Positions 25,436-33,972 of a DNA stretch of 33,972 nt are shown here, in pieces (position 1 is the first letter of the stretch; every line of letters begins with the position of its first letter). The notes beneath the pieces are model-generated. The model worked only from the letters and a program-made list of their open reading frames with translations. It ran no database searches and had not been told where the DNA came from. Source of the DNA: Deltaproteobacteria bacterium (GTDB lineage: Bacteria; Desulfobacterota; Syntrophia; Syntrophales; UBA2185); assembly GCA_026388495.1 (NCBI GenBank), contig JAPLJQ010000256.1, positions 1 to 33,972 of the forward strand. Direction: 5' to 3'. The position numbers and the translations under genes are program-made.

Positions 25436-25485
25436 TGGCTATGGAATAATTGAAGACCGGGACAAGGGAATGGATTCGGGTGTCT

Positions 25486-26565
25486 TTATTTTTCCAGCCA
25501 TGTGGCCATGCGGCCCTTCTCTTCCGCTTCCCACGCCGGTGAAAGGCGGATCTGCAAAAACAGATTGAAGAGACGCTCCATCGTCTTTATCGCCTGTTCC
25601 AGCAGATATATCCGCTCCAGCGTTTTGCCTTCTTTGTCCTTCTCATCCTCTTCCATCTCCATCGCTTCCGGCAGCTTCATCGACTGAAACTGGAACCGGT
25701 CCGCCTTGAATGTGAATTCCCAGTTTGCTGCATCACGGCACAGTTTAATGCGCCCTTCCTTGATCATCTTACCCTGCCGCAACGCCTCTTTTCCCTCTTT
25801 CAGGTCGGAACGAATCCCCTGGCAGACCACCTGCTCAGAGTAATCGCCGTCCCCGGAGGCGAGAACGATTCTCCTGACAAAGTGTATATCCACCTCTTCC
25901 CCGGGCGAGACGGTAATCATCCCGTCTCTTTCCTCGCTCTTAAACCAGAGCCACGTGAGAAATTCCCTGCCCCAGGGCAACCCCTCCGGAGAAGAAAGGT
26001 GCGCTGCAAATTCGGGGCTTAGATATTGCGGGTCCCAGGGTAAAAAAGGGTGGAAGGAGAAATTGAAAGCTTCATGGAAGAGAGCGTGAAAATCATCAGT
26101 CACCTTATCAGAAAGACTGGAAATAAGAAGGCTTTTCTCCATGGGGTGCCAGCACACCTCAAAAAAGGAGGGGATAGGCTGCACTTTTTTCAACAGATCG
26201 CCCCGTACCGCTTCTTTGATCTCCTCCCGCTGCTTTCTGTGAATCTTTGCGATATCCCGTTTCGCGATATATTCTTTCTCCACCTGGAGGCATTTTATCC
26301 TGAGCAGTGCCGGAGGCACCACCTTTTTGTCAATACGCAGCGAGAAGATGAGATAATTTCCGAAATTGTATTTCCCACCGGCAAAGTCCGTATCGAGGGG
26401 ATCTTCTACATCCGTCCATCCGGCTGCTTTTTCCGCCGCCGCACCGATGAAATCGGGAAAAGCGTATCTTTTGACCTGCTCATCGAAAATATTGTTGAAA
26501 TCCGCCGGAATCTCTCCGGTTACCCTATACTGTGAAAAAGTCATCGATCCTTTTAAAAAGCCCAT
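25486..26565 (-). CDS. RdgC-like recombination-associated protein (tentative)
   Basis: The 359-aa protein starts MGFLKGSMTFSQYRV and has a layout colinear with RdgC by eye (GW..., basic helical block KIHRKQREEIKEAVRGDLL, acidic C-terminal part). The similarity is weak and unverified. Confidence 0.5.
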   Translation of the reverse strand: MGFLKGSMTFSQYRVTGEIPADFNNIFDEQVKRYAFPDFIGAAAEKAAGWTDVEDPLDTDFAGGKYNFGNYLIFSLRIDKKVVPPALLRIKCLQVEKEYIAKRDIAKIHRKQREEIKEAVRGDLLKKVQPIPSFFEVCWHPMEKSLLISSLSDKVTDDFHALFHEAFNFSFHPFLPWDPQYLSPEFAAHLSSPEGLPWGREFLTWLWFKSEERDGMITVSPGEEVDIHFVRRIVLASGDGDYSEQVVCQGIRSDLKEGKEALRQGKMIKEGRIKLCRDAANWEFTFKADRFQFQSMKLPEAMEMEEDEKDKEGKTLERIYLLEQAIKTMERLFNLFLQIRLSPAWEAEEKGRMATWLEK

Positions 26566-26707
26566 GAGATATTCCTGTCTTTCAGAAGTGGGCCTTTATA
26601 AATGATCCGGATAGGAAAGTCAATCACCCCGAACAGGAAAAATCATGTGTTAGTCCCGGCATTCACAAATGGAGAGCTTAAATGCCCGGAATGTTATTAT
26701 TGATGGA

Positions 26708-26837
26708 CTCGTAAAAAGTCCCCCAACCTGTCATTCCCGCGGAGGCGGGAATCCAGACCATACGTAAGCGTGTGAAAATACTGGATTCCCGTTTTCACGG
26801 GAATGACAAATTGAGGCAAAATTCGACTTTTTACGGG
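26708..26837. repeat. Double-hairpin palindromic element, copy C (inverted relative to copy A)
   Basis: Its reverse complement aligns almost base for base with copy A, including ...GTAAAAAGTCgAATTTTgCCTCAATTTGTCATTCC... and ACGTATGGTCTGGATTCCCG. Confidence 0.8.
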
Positions 26838-26876
26838 TTCGTCATTATTGATGTTAAAATCGATTTTTCAGAGGTT

Positions 26877-27863
26877 TTAAATGAACGCAGACAGACCGGA
26901 GAAGACGGCAAGATCATCCTGCCATTCATATTCAAGGATGTTGATTCCCAGTTTTTTCAGTTTTTCTGAGAGGGGCTGGTCCGTACCCCGGGGAAGAACA
27001 AGTATCAGGCGGGTGGTTCCCGGCAGGTCAACGCCGGAGAGCAATAACTTCGACATTCCTGCATGAACAACGGCGGTTGAGGCTTCCGTCATCACCTGAA
27101 AAACCGTGGTGATCCGCCTGTCTGCATCTACGACGAACAGGTCGATGGTCATATCATTCCCGACGGTGAATCCCTTCCGTTTCAGGGCTGAATGTAAATC
27201 CGAGACGATCAGTCCGTGATCGCAGCTTAACGCCGGATTACACTCGAACCGGTCACATCCGTAATCAACGAGTTCCTCCCTGAATCGCGGTTCATCAAAG
27301 GTAATTTCCATCTGGGGGGAGCGACGAGACATCACATCTTTCATTTGATTCACTTTGCGGACAAATTGCGTCACCTGCCTCACAAAACGTGGGGAATTTA
27401 ACGCCCCGACGAGGGCCACCGTCGTTTCAGCATCCCCGTCTTCCATCACGGACCATGCCCCGCGGTAGTGTTTTTCAAACAGCGATTTCCCCACACCTTT
27501 TTTACCGCCGCCGATCTTGCCGCGATGGACGACAAATATCCGACCATGGCGATCCTTCGCCAGGGCCCCACCCATCCGTCTGTCTATGCCGCGCAGGGGG
27601 AAATTGATCTCACAGGTGATGGACACCGGCGACGCCCCGGTCGGCTTTCCCACTCCGAAGGCATGACCGCACCGGTTCCCGGATATCTTTTCGTGATACA
27701 TCCATATCCCGAGACGGCTCGACCAGAAGACTTTCGCACTGAATGCTCCCCCGGGGTGTCCCAGATTGACATGGAGTTTATCATCAACAAAAGGTTTGAA
27801 GCTTTTAACGAACTGCCGCCGGTACTTTTTAATGGCAGACTCGTCCTCAAGGACTTTCAACAT
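26877..27863 (-). CDS. Hypothetical protein, no family recognised; contains a Walker-A-like Gly/Lys loop
   Basis: ATG at 27863 (GTG at 27866) follows a GAGGAAAAGG SD. The 328-aa ORF has normal composition. The loop GKIGGGKKGVGKS fits GxxxxGK[ST], and a later IDLFVVDAD could be a Walker B or nuclease-type acidic strand. Confidence 0.6.
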   Translation of the reverse strand: MLKVLEDESAIKKYRRQFVKSFKPFVDDKLHVNLGHPGGAFSAKVFWSSRLGIWMYHEKISGNRCGHAFGVGKPTGASPVSITCEINFPLRGIDRRMGGALAKDRHGRIFVVHRGKIGGGKKGVGKSLFEKHYRGAWSVMEDGDAETTVALVGALNSPRFVRQVTQFVRKVNQMKDVMSRRSPQMEITFDEPRFREELVDYGCDRFECNPALSCDHGLIVSDLHSALKRKGFTVGNDMTIDLFVVDADRRITTVFQVMTEASTAVVHAGMSKLLLSGVDLPGTTRLILVLPRGTDQPLSEKLKKLGINILEYEWQDDLAVFSGLSAFI

Positions 27864-28247
27864 CACCTTTTCCTCTGAGACCAGGATGCAATGAAGGTTG
27901 TTACTGATGGGTTGTTAATATTTACAGGAATTGGCTCACTTAATCAAGGCGTTTTCAGAAACATACGGCTCTTGGGGGAGAGGGTCCCCATGGATATTTT
28001 TTATCCAACTGGATACCATAACCGGATACTTATTATCCACTTTTTGTTGTAAAAAAGAAATTGGACATCACCAGATATCCATACACATTTTAAATAACGT
28101 TATTATATTAATAAGATACGCATCGCTTCTGGCAAACGGCACAACCTTTGCTGTTCCGGCGTGGTATGTATCCATTGACTATGGGCGTCTCCTCTTGTAA
28201 ATGAAAGCTTTGAAATTTAAATAAAATAGTTTAATAAAAATGACGGA

Positions 28248-28368
28248 TTCATGAAAAGTCAAAACATGTGTAATTTTGTCATTCCCGTGAAAACGGGAAT
28301 CCAGTATTTTCGTATGTTTATAATTTTATAGATTCCCGCCTACGCGGGAATGACAGACTTTTTGCGAG
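28248..28368. repeat. Double-hairpin palindromic element, copy D (same orientation as copy A)
   Basis: The layout is ...GAAAAGTC...GTCATTCCCGtgaaaaCGGGAATCCAGTATTTT...GATTCCCGcctacgCGGGAATGACAGACTTTTTGCGAG. It ends 42 nt before the tolC start. Confidence 0.8.
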
Positions 28369-28409
28369 TTCATCAAAAATAAAAATTCAGGTCTTACATA
28401 AGGGTTCAT

Positions 28410-29696
28410 ATGAAAAAAATTTCTTTACTATTGATTTCCATGATCCTGCTCCTCTCTTTCAATGCGCGGGCGGAGGACCTCATAAAAAAGGGCGACACCC
28501 TCGGTCTTGAACGATGCATTGAAATAGCCCTCAAAAATCAGCCGAATATGGTCGCGGCAAAGAGCACCCTAAGGGTGAACGAAAGCAGGATCGGCCAGGC
28601 AAAGTCAAACTATTATCCACAGATCAACTGGTCATCCGGTTACAACAGAATTTCTTCTTCATCAGCGGGCAGCAATATCATAAGAAAGAGCAATCCCTAT
28701 GATGATTATCAGAGCAATGTGACACTGAACCAGAACATCTACGATTTTGAAAAGACGGCGACCCAGGTAAAGATTCAGAATCTGAACCTCGATTCCTCCC
28801 GCTCAGACCTTGAGAACATTTCAAGTCAGACCGTTTTCGGCGTCCGGGAGGCCTATTTCAACGTCCTGCGTTCAGGAAGGAACCGGGATGTTGCCATGGA
28901 AACGGTTCAGCAGTTCCAGCATCACCTTGACCAGGCGAAAGGGTTTTTTGAGGTGGGTGTAAAGCCGAAATTCGACGTAACGAAAGCGGAGGTTGATTTA
29001 AGCAATGCGAAATTGAACCTCATCAAAATGGAAAACAATCTCCGAATCGCAAAGGTGAATCTCAACAATGCCATGGGTATTCCGGAGGCGCCGGAGTATC
29101 ATATCGTAGATGATTTTGGATTCCGGCAGTACGATATCACATTTGATGACGCCCTGAAACGGGCCTACACCGGCCGGCCAGACCTTCAGTCCATTATCGT
29201 AAAGAAGGAAGCCTCGGAAAGAACGATCGATCTGCAAAAGAAGGGGTACTACCCGACCTTGTCAGGCAATGCAAGCTATGGCTTCGGCGGGCAGGATTTC
29301 CCTGTTCAGGAAGGATGGAATTTCGGGGCGACCCTGACTTTCCCCCTTTTCAGCGGACTTTCAACGAAATACCAGGTAGAGGAAGCCAGGGCAAATCTGG
29401 ATGTTCTGAAGGCCAATGAAGAGTCCCTGAGGCAGGCAATCAACCTTGATGTCCGTCAGGCGCACCTCAATTTAGAGCAGGCAAGTGAGAGTATTTCCAC
29501 GACGGAACTCACGGTGAGGCAGGCGAATGAAAATCTTGAACTCGCCAATGGAAGGTACGCTTCCGGCGTGGGAAACCCCATAGAGGTCACGGATGCCCTC
29601 ATTACTCTGGCCAATGCAAAAACAGCCTACATCGCGGCCCTATATGACTACAAAGTCGCCCGGGCAAGTCTCGAAAAAGCAATGGGTATGCAATAA
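28410..29696 (+). CDS. tolC: TolC-family outer membrane efflux protein
   Basis: It has a signal peptide and two OEP repeats (...L.L..CIEIALKNQPN..., YYPQINWSSGY, YYPTLSGNASYG). The length is 428 aa. Confidence 0.9.
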   Translation: MKKISLLLISMILLLSFNARAEDLIKKGDTLGLERCIEIALKNQPNMVAAKSTLRVNESRIGQAKSNYYPQINWSSGYNRISSSSAGSNIIRKSNPYDDYQSNVTLNQNIYDFEKTATQVKIQNLNLDSSRSDLENISSQTVFGVREAYFNVLRSGRNRDVAMETVQQFQHHLDQAKGFFEVGVKPKFDVTKAEVDLSNAKLNLIKMENNLRIAKVNLNNAMGIPEAPEYHIVDDFGFRQYDITFDDALKRAYTGRPDLQSIIVKKEASERTIDLQKKGYYPTLSGNASYGFGGQDFPVQEGWNFGATLTFPLFSGLSTKYQVEEARANLDVLKANEESLRQAINLDVRQAHLNLEQASESISTTELTVRQANENLELANGRYASGVGNPIEVTDALITLANAKTAYIAALYDYKVARASLEKAMGMQ

Positions 29697-29725
29697 AACA
29701 AAAGAGGGTGTGAAAGAGTCTGATC

Positions 29726-30907
29726 ATGAAAAAGAAAGTTATCATTGTCGTTGTCCTTGTTATTATATTTCTGGCGGCAGGAGCGTTTTTCATCCTGAAT
29801 AATCGGGATAACGGCCCGAAATTCAGAATGGAGAAGGCGGGGAAAGGAGATATCAAAGCAACGGTGACGGCGACAGGGACGATGAATGCCGTCGTAACGG
29901 TCCTGGTGGGAACACAGGTATCGGGAACGATCCAGACCCTTTACGTCGATTTCAATTCTCCCGTGAAAAAGGGTCAGATTCTGGCCCAGATTGACCCGGC
30001 CACGTTCCAGGCGCAGGCCGAACAGGCAAAGGCCAACCTTCTTCTGGCAAAGGCGAACGTAGAAAAATCAGGGGCGGCCCTCCTCGATGCCAAAAGAACC
30101 ATGGAAAGAAACAAGACGCTATTTGCCAGGAATTTAATAGCAAGGAGCGACTTCGACACCTCGGAAACCAATCATCAATCGGCTTTAGCCCAGCTCTCAG
30201 CCTCAAAGGCCCAGGTTGCACAGGCGAAGGCTGCCCTCGATGGCGCGCAGACCAACCTCAAATACACGAGGATCGTCTCGCCTGTGGACGGGACGGTCAT
30301 ATCGAGAAGCGTGGACGTCGGCCAGACGGTGGCCGCGAGCTTCCAGACGCCGACTCTTTTCAATATCGCCCAGGATCTTACGAAGATGCAGATCGACACC
30401 AATGTCGATGAGGCGGACATCGGAAAAATCAAGGTCGATCAGCCCGTGGAATTTACCGTTGACGCATACGCCGACACAACTTTTAAGGGGAAGGTTGCAG
30501 AGGTCAGAAGCGCCCCCACCACCGTTCAGAACGTGGTAACCTACGATGTGGTGGTCAGGGTGGACAATCCCGAGCATAAACTGAAGCCGGGGATGACGGC
30601 GAATGTTTCGATTATTCTGGCGGATAAAAAGGGAGTTCTCAGGATACCCAATACAGCCTTGAGGTTCAGGCCTACGGAAAGAGGATCTGAAAAAGGAAAG
30701 GAAGCGCTTACCCAGAAGGGACCAAGTGTATGGGTTTTGGAAAACAAAAAGCCTAAACGAATCAGTGTCGCCTTGGGTATCAGTGACGGGAATTATACCG
30801 AAATCATTTCCGGTGACCTGCAAGAGGGCAACGAGGTGATCGTGGAAGCGTCCGGCGTCGGGAAAAAGAATAATTCACCGCCCGCCGGTCCGGGATTCAT
30901 AAGATAA
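29726..30907 (+). CDS. macA: Efflux periplasmic adaptor (HlyD/MacA family membrane fusion protein)
   Basis: It has an N-terminal anchor, a lipoyl-like hairpin ([26 protein letters not shown]), a coiled coil and [15 protein letters not shown]. Confidence 0.9.
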   Translation: MKKKVIIVVVLVIIFLAAGAFFILNNRDNGPKFRMEKAGKGDIKATVTATGTMNAVVTVLVGTQVSGTIQTLYVDFNSPVKKGQILAQIDPATFQAQAEQAKANLLLAKANVEKSGAALLDAKRTMERNKTLFARNLIARSDFDTSETNHQSALAQLSASKAQVAQAKAALDGAQTNLKYTRIVSPVDGTVISRSVDVGQTVAASFQTPTLFNIAQDLTKMQIDTNVDEADIGKIKVDQPVEFTVDAYADTTFKGKVAEVRSAPTTVQNVVTYDVVVRVDNPEHKLKPGMTANVSIILADKKGVLRIPNTALRFRPTERGSEKGKEALTQKGPSVWVLENKKPKRISVALGISDGNYTEIISGDLQEGNEVIVEASGVGKKNNSPPAGPGFIR

Positions 30908-30908
30908 A

Positions 30909-31625
30909 ATGGCGCTGATTGAGACGGCAGATCTATATAAAATTTACGAATTGGGGGATAGCGACGTGCATGCCCTCGACGGAGTGTCCGTTTCGATTGA
31001 ACAGGGGGAATTTGTCGCCATTATGGGCCCGTCAGGGTCTGGTAAATCGACTTTCATGAATTTAATAGGCTGCCTTGATAAACCCACGAAAGGTCAATAC
31101 CTGCTCGATGGGATCGATGTCGGCAGGCTGAATCGGGATGAACTGGCGGAAATCAGAAACAAGAAGATCGGTTTTGTTTTCCAGATGTTTAACTTGCTTT
31201 CCAGGACATCAGCCGTTGAGAACGTGGAACTTCCCCTTCTGTATAAAAAGATTGCCCCTAAAGACAGACGGGAGAAAGCTCTCACTGCTTTGAAATCTTT
31301 AGGCCTGGAAGGGAGGGAGCACCATCATCCGAACCAGCTCTCCGGCGGGCAGCAGCAGCGGGTTGCCATTGCCAGGGCTCTGGTAAATGACACGCCCATC
31401 ATCCTTGCCGATGAACCGACGGGAAACCTGGACACAAAGACAAGCATCGAAATCATGGAACTCCTGGTCAGGCTGAACAGGGAATCCCATATCACGATCG
31501 TCCTGGTCACCCATGAACCGAATATTGCAGTTTACAGCGGGCGGATCATTCGTTTCCTCGACGGTCTGGTCGTCAGCGATGAAAGAAAACAGCCCGCGCA
31601 AGAAGAAGGCGCTATGATCGGTTGA
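30909..31625 (+). CDS. macB: MacB/LolD-type ABC transporter ATP-binding protein
   Basis: It has Walker A (GPSGSGKST), the [15 protein letters not shown] signature and Walker B ([12 protein letters not shown]). Confidence 0.92.
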   Translation: MALIETADLYKIYELGDSDVHALDGVSVSIEQGEFVAIMGPSGSGKSTFMNLIGCLDKPTKGQYLLDGIDVGRLNRDELAEIRNKKIGFVFQMFNLLSRTSAVENVELPLLYKKIAPKDRREKALTALKSLGLEGREHHHPNQLSGGQQQRVAIARALVNDTPIILADEPTGNLDTKTSIEIMELLVRLNRESHITIVLVTHEPNIAVYSGRIIRFLDGLVVSDERKQPAQEEGAMIG

Positions 31626-32860
31626 AAGATATGATCAACATTCCATCGACATTGAAAATCTCCATCCGCGCGCTCAGGGTCAACAAGATGCGCTCGGCCC
31701 TCACCATGCTCGGGATCATCATCGGGGTGGGCGCCGTCATTGCCATGCTTGCCGTGGGCACAGGGGCGAGCGAGAGGATATCCCAGCAGATCGCGAGCAT
31801 TGGGAGCAACCTCATCATTATCCTTCCGGGAAGCACGACATCGGGCGGTATGAGAATGGGCATGGGTTCCCAACCCACCCTCACCAGGGACGATGCTGAT
31901 GCCATCATCAAGGAATGCCCGGCTGTACAGGAGGTGGCGCCCGTTCTCAATGGCGCCGCCCAGATTGTCTATGGCAATCAGAACTGGTCAACAGGCGTTT
32001 ATGGAACCACCCCCAGTATGCTGAACATCAGGGATTGGCCGATTGCTTACGGCCGGTCATTCACGGAGCAGGATGTAAGGAGCGCCACAAAGGTCTGTCT
32101 ATTGGGGCAGACCGTTGTCGAAAATCTCTTTGGAAGTATAAATCCCGTAGGCCAGGTCATTAGAATAAAAAAAGTTCCCTTTACGGTGGTTGGCGTCCTG
32201 GACCGGAAGGGACAATCTCCGCATGGCCAGGATCAGGACGATACGATTTACATCCCCGTTACGACGGCACAGAAAAAAATATTCGGGACCACTTTCCCCG
32301 GCATGGTCCGGTCCATTATGGTGAAAGGAAAAAACATAGAGGATCTGGATGCGGCGGAGAGACAGATCAACGAATTGCTAAGGCAGAGGCACCATATCGG
32401 TCCCAAGAAGGATAATGACTTTACAACGCGTAACCTGACCCAGATCATGCAGGTGGCGGAGCAGTCCACAAAGGTCATGACCCTTCTCCTGGGGGCCATT
32501 GCGTCGGTATCTCTTCTGGTCGGCGGCATCGGGATCATGAATATTATGCTGGTTTCGGTGACGGAACGGACAAGGGAGATCGGAATCAGGATGGCTGTCG
32601 GCGCCAAAACCTGGGATATCAGGCTGCAATTTATCATCGAGGCCCTTACCCTGTCTCTGATTGGCGGAATTATCGGAATTATCATCGGCGTTTCCGGATC
32701 AAAGATCATTGCGGCTGTTGCCGGTTGGTCTACCATCGTTTCTGCTCTATCCATATTTATGGCCTTCGGCTTTTCCGGACTCGTCGGCATATTCTTTGGA
32801 TTTTACCCTGCCTATAAAGCCTCTCTTCTCAATCCCATAGACGCCCTGAGGTATGAGTAA
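31622..32860 (+). CDS. MacB-type ABC transporter permease (MacB_PCD plus FtsX domain)
   Basis: It has [19 protein letters not shown], a periplasmic core domain and the C-terminal FtsX-type TM bundle ([14 protein letters not shown]). The start is either TTG at 31622 (overlapping the ATPase stop) or ATG at 31631. Confidence 0.9.
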   Translation: MKDMINIPSTLKISIRALRVNKMRSALTMLGIIIGVGAVIAMLAVGTGASERISQQIASIGSNLIIILPGSTTSGGMRMGMGSQPTLTRDDADAIIKECPAVQEVAPVLNGAAQIVYGNQNWSTGVYGTTPSMLNIRDWPIAYGRSFTEQDVRSATKVCLLGQTVVENLFGSINPVGQVIRIKKVPFTVVGVLDRKGQSPHGQDQDDTIYIPVTTAQKKIFGTTFPGMVRSIMVKGKNIEDLDAAERQINELLRQRHHIGPKKDNDFTTRNLTQIMQVAEQSTKVMTLLLGAIASVSLLVGGIGIMNIMLVSVTERTREIGIRMAVGAKTWDIRLQFIIEALTLSLIGGIIGIIIGVSGSKIIAAVAGWSTIVSALSIFMAFGFSGLVGIFFGFYPAYKASLLNPIDALRYE

Positions 32861-32942
32861 TAAGCATATTGAAGCTTTTCCCGGCGCAAAAATCGGGTTT
32901 ACAGATTCGGGAGTGCTTCATAAGATTTAGGACGCATAAGGT

Positions 32943-33845
32943 ATGGCAGGTTATTTAAAACTTTCACTCGCCTGCATCATCTGGGGCATGGGATGGACAG
33001 CGGCCAGATACGGGGTTGTTCACATAGGGCCTTACCTCACGGGCGAGTACCGGTTCCTCCTTTCCTTCCTGTTCTTCCTGCCGTTCCTGTTTTATCCGAA
33101 ACCGATAAAACCCTCTTTCAAGACCATGGTTTACATGATCCCCCTTGCGTTGACAGGCTATTACATGAACAATCTGGCGGCATACATAGCCCTTAACTAT
33201 ACCACCGGGACGACGGCCTCGATCATCGTCATGAGCAACCCGATGAACATAGCCGTCCTTTCATATTTTTTCCTCAAGGACAAGCTGAACGCCGCAGGTT
33301 TTCTTTCCATCGTCCTTTCCGTTACAGGGGCTCTGATCGTTGTCGTCAAGGGGAATTTCATGTCAATCATCACGATGGACGTGAACGTCGGGAATCTGCT
33401 CATCGTCGGGTGCGCCCTGAGCTGGTCCATATATTCGATACTTATCAAGATGTTCGAGGATAAGATTACGTCGATCGAGAACGTAACCTACGGGTCCCTG
33501 TTCGCCGCCGTCGGTTTCCTCCCTTTCAGCCTTGAGCCGGTGTCCGCAGGGAGCGTCGACATGGCACTGGTTGGGGTTCTGATCTTTCTTTCCCTCTTTA
33601 ATACAAACCTTGCATTCTATTTATGGAGCGAGGGAATAAAGGACGCCAATCCCAACACGGCGGCGGTCTTTTTCGGGCTTATCCCCCTGTCTGCCGCCGT
33701 AACGGAAAACATCGTATTCGGGGAACGCATGGCCCTTTATCACATCACCGGGGCGGCGCTGATTTTCTTCGGCATCCTCTTATATGTCATAACAAAGAAA
33801 AACGGCCTCAAGACCGGAGTCGCGGGAGGAACGGGAACCTCTTGA
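32943..33845 (+). CDS. DMT superfamily (EamA-like) transporter
   Basis: This is a 300-aa protein with about 10 TM helices and two EamA-like halves. Confidence 0.8.
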   Translation: MAGYLKLSLACIIWGMGWTAARYGVVHIGPYLTGEYRFLLSFLFFLPFLFYPKPIKPSFKTMVYMIPLALTGYYMNNLAAYIALNYTTGTTASIIVMSNPMNIAVLSYFFLKDKLNAAGFLSIVLSVTGALIVVVKGNFMSIITMDVNVGNLLIVGCALSWSIYSILIKMFEDKITSIENVTYGSLFAAVGFLPFSLEPVSAGSVDMALVGVLIFLSLFNTNLAFYLWSEGIKDANPNTAAVFFGLIPLSAAVTENIVFGERMALYHITGAALIFFGILLYVITKKNGLKTGVAGGTGTS

Positions 33846-33861
33846 GGGGTGTGACGGTCAT

Positions 33862-33972
33862 TCACCTCGGCGGCTCATCCCTGTGGAAGTATTTCCTGGC
33901 AATTCCTCCGGCTGCAATGATCCCTGAAATTCCCGCTCCCACAATGCCGCGGCTCTTCCCGGTGCCGTCGCC
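33862..33972 (-). CDS. C-terminal end of a protein with a glycine-zipper segment (partial; continues beyond the window)
   Basis: The minus-strand frame is open from the window edge: GDGTGKSRGIVGAGISGIIAAGGIARKYFHRDEPPR*. It is too short to assign. Confidence 0.3.
   Translation of the reverse strand, partial: GDGTGKSRGIVGAGISGIIAAGGIARKYFHRDEPPR

Noticed and set aside
26668-26695. Imperfect hairpin CCGGCATT-N12-AATGCCCGG (one bulged C in the right arm) downstream of the orphan gene and repeat copy C, considered as a terminator.
   Set aside because: It has a bulged stem and no adjacent U-tract on the transcribed (minus) strand. The neighbouring palindromic element is the more plausible transcript boundary.
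28085-28115. Possible dif/Xer recombination site around ATTTTAAATAACGTTATTATATTAATAAG.
   Set aside because: One arm matches the XerD half-site (ATTTAACATAA) at only about 9 of 11 positions. The other arm shows no resemblance to the GC-rich XerC half-site.
27931-28200. An 89-aa ORF in the AT-rich spacer.
   Set aside because: It has no SD, AT-driven composition rich in Ile/Leu/Tyr/Phe, and no motif. It is most likely non-coding.

Overview
This 34 kb window looks like an ordinary chromosomal segment from an anaerobic, roughly 50% GC, Deltaproteobacteria/Syntrophia-like organism. The taxon is inferred from gene content and cannot be verified here. Most of the window is housekeeping and transport. 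Left to right it holds an RND pump 3' fragment and chrA, then a decayed DUF4338 (DruA-like) gene followed by about 700 bp of orphan AT-rich DNA. Next come an MBL hydrolase convergent with a patatin-like/PflX-type radical-SAM pair, and a translationally coupled proA-nadD-TPM chain followed by a nucleotidyltransferase and LemA. After a hotdog thioesterase there are divergent tRNA-Leu(CAA) and tRNA-Ala(GGC) genes, a DUF4337 gene and a five-gene Liv-type branched-chain amino acid ABC operon. These are followed by a beta-helix membrane protein with DedA, hypA-hypB with an Fe-S protein and an ATP-grasp enzyme, a lipoprotein, a glycerophosphodiesterase and a MaoC dehydratase. The right end holds a Zn-ribbon protein convergent with an RdgC-like protein, an unclassifiable 328-aa orphan, a TolC-MacA-MacB efflux operon and an EamA/DMT transporter. 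I found no CRISPR array, integrase, intact transposase, restriction-modification system or canonical toxin-antitoxin pair. The unexplained signals are: (1) four copies of a 114-130 bp double-hairpin palindromic (MITE/REP-like) element, three of which bracket two small gene cassettes at 24.8-28.4 kb; (2) the orphan 328-aa protein with a Walker-A-like loop beside a 384 bp AT-rich spacer; (3) an abutting patatin-like/radical-SAM pair; (4) a DUF4338 gene inactivated by a visible 10-bp tandem duplication. None of these is demonstrably a new system from sequence alone.
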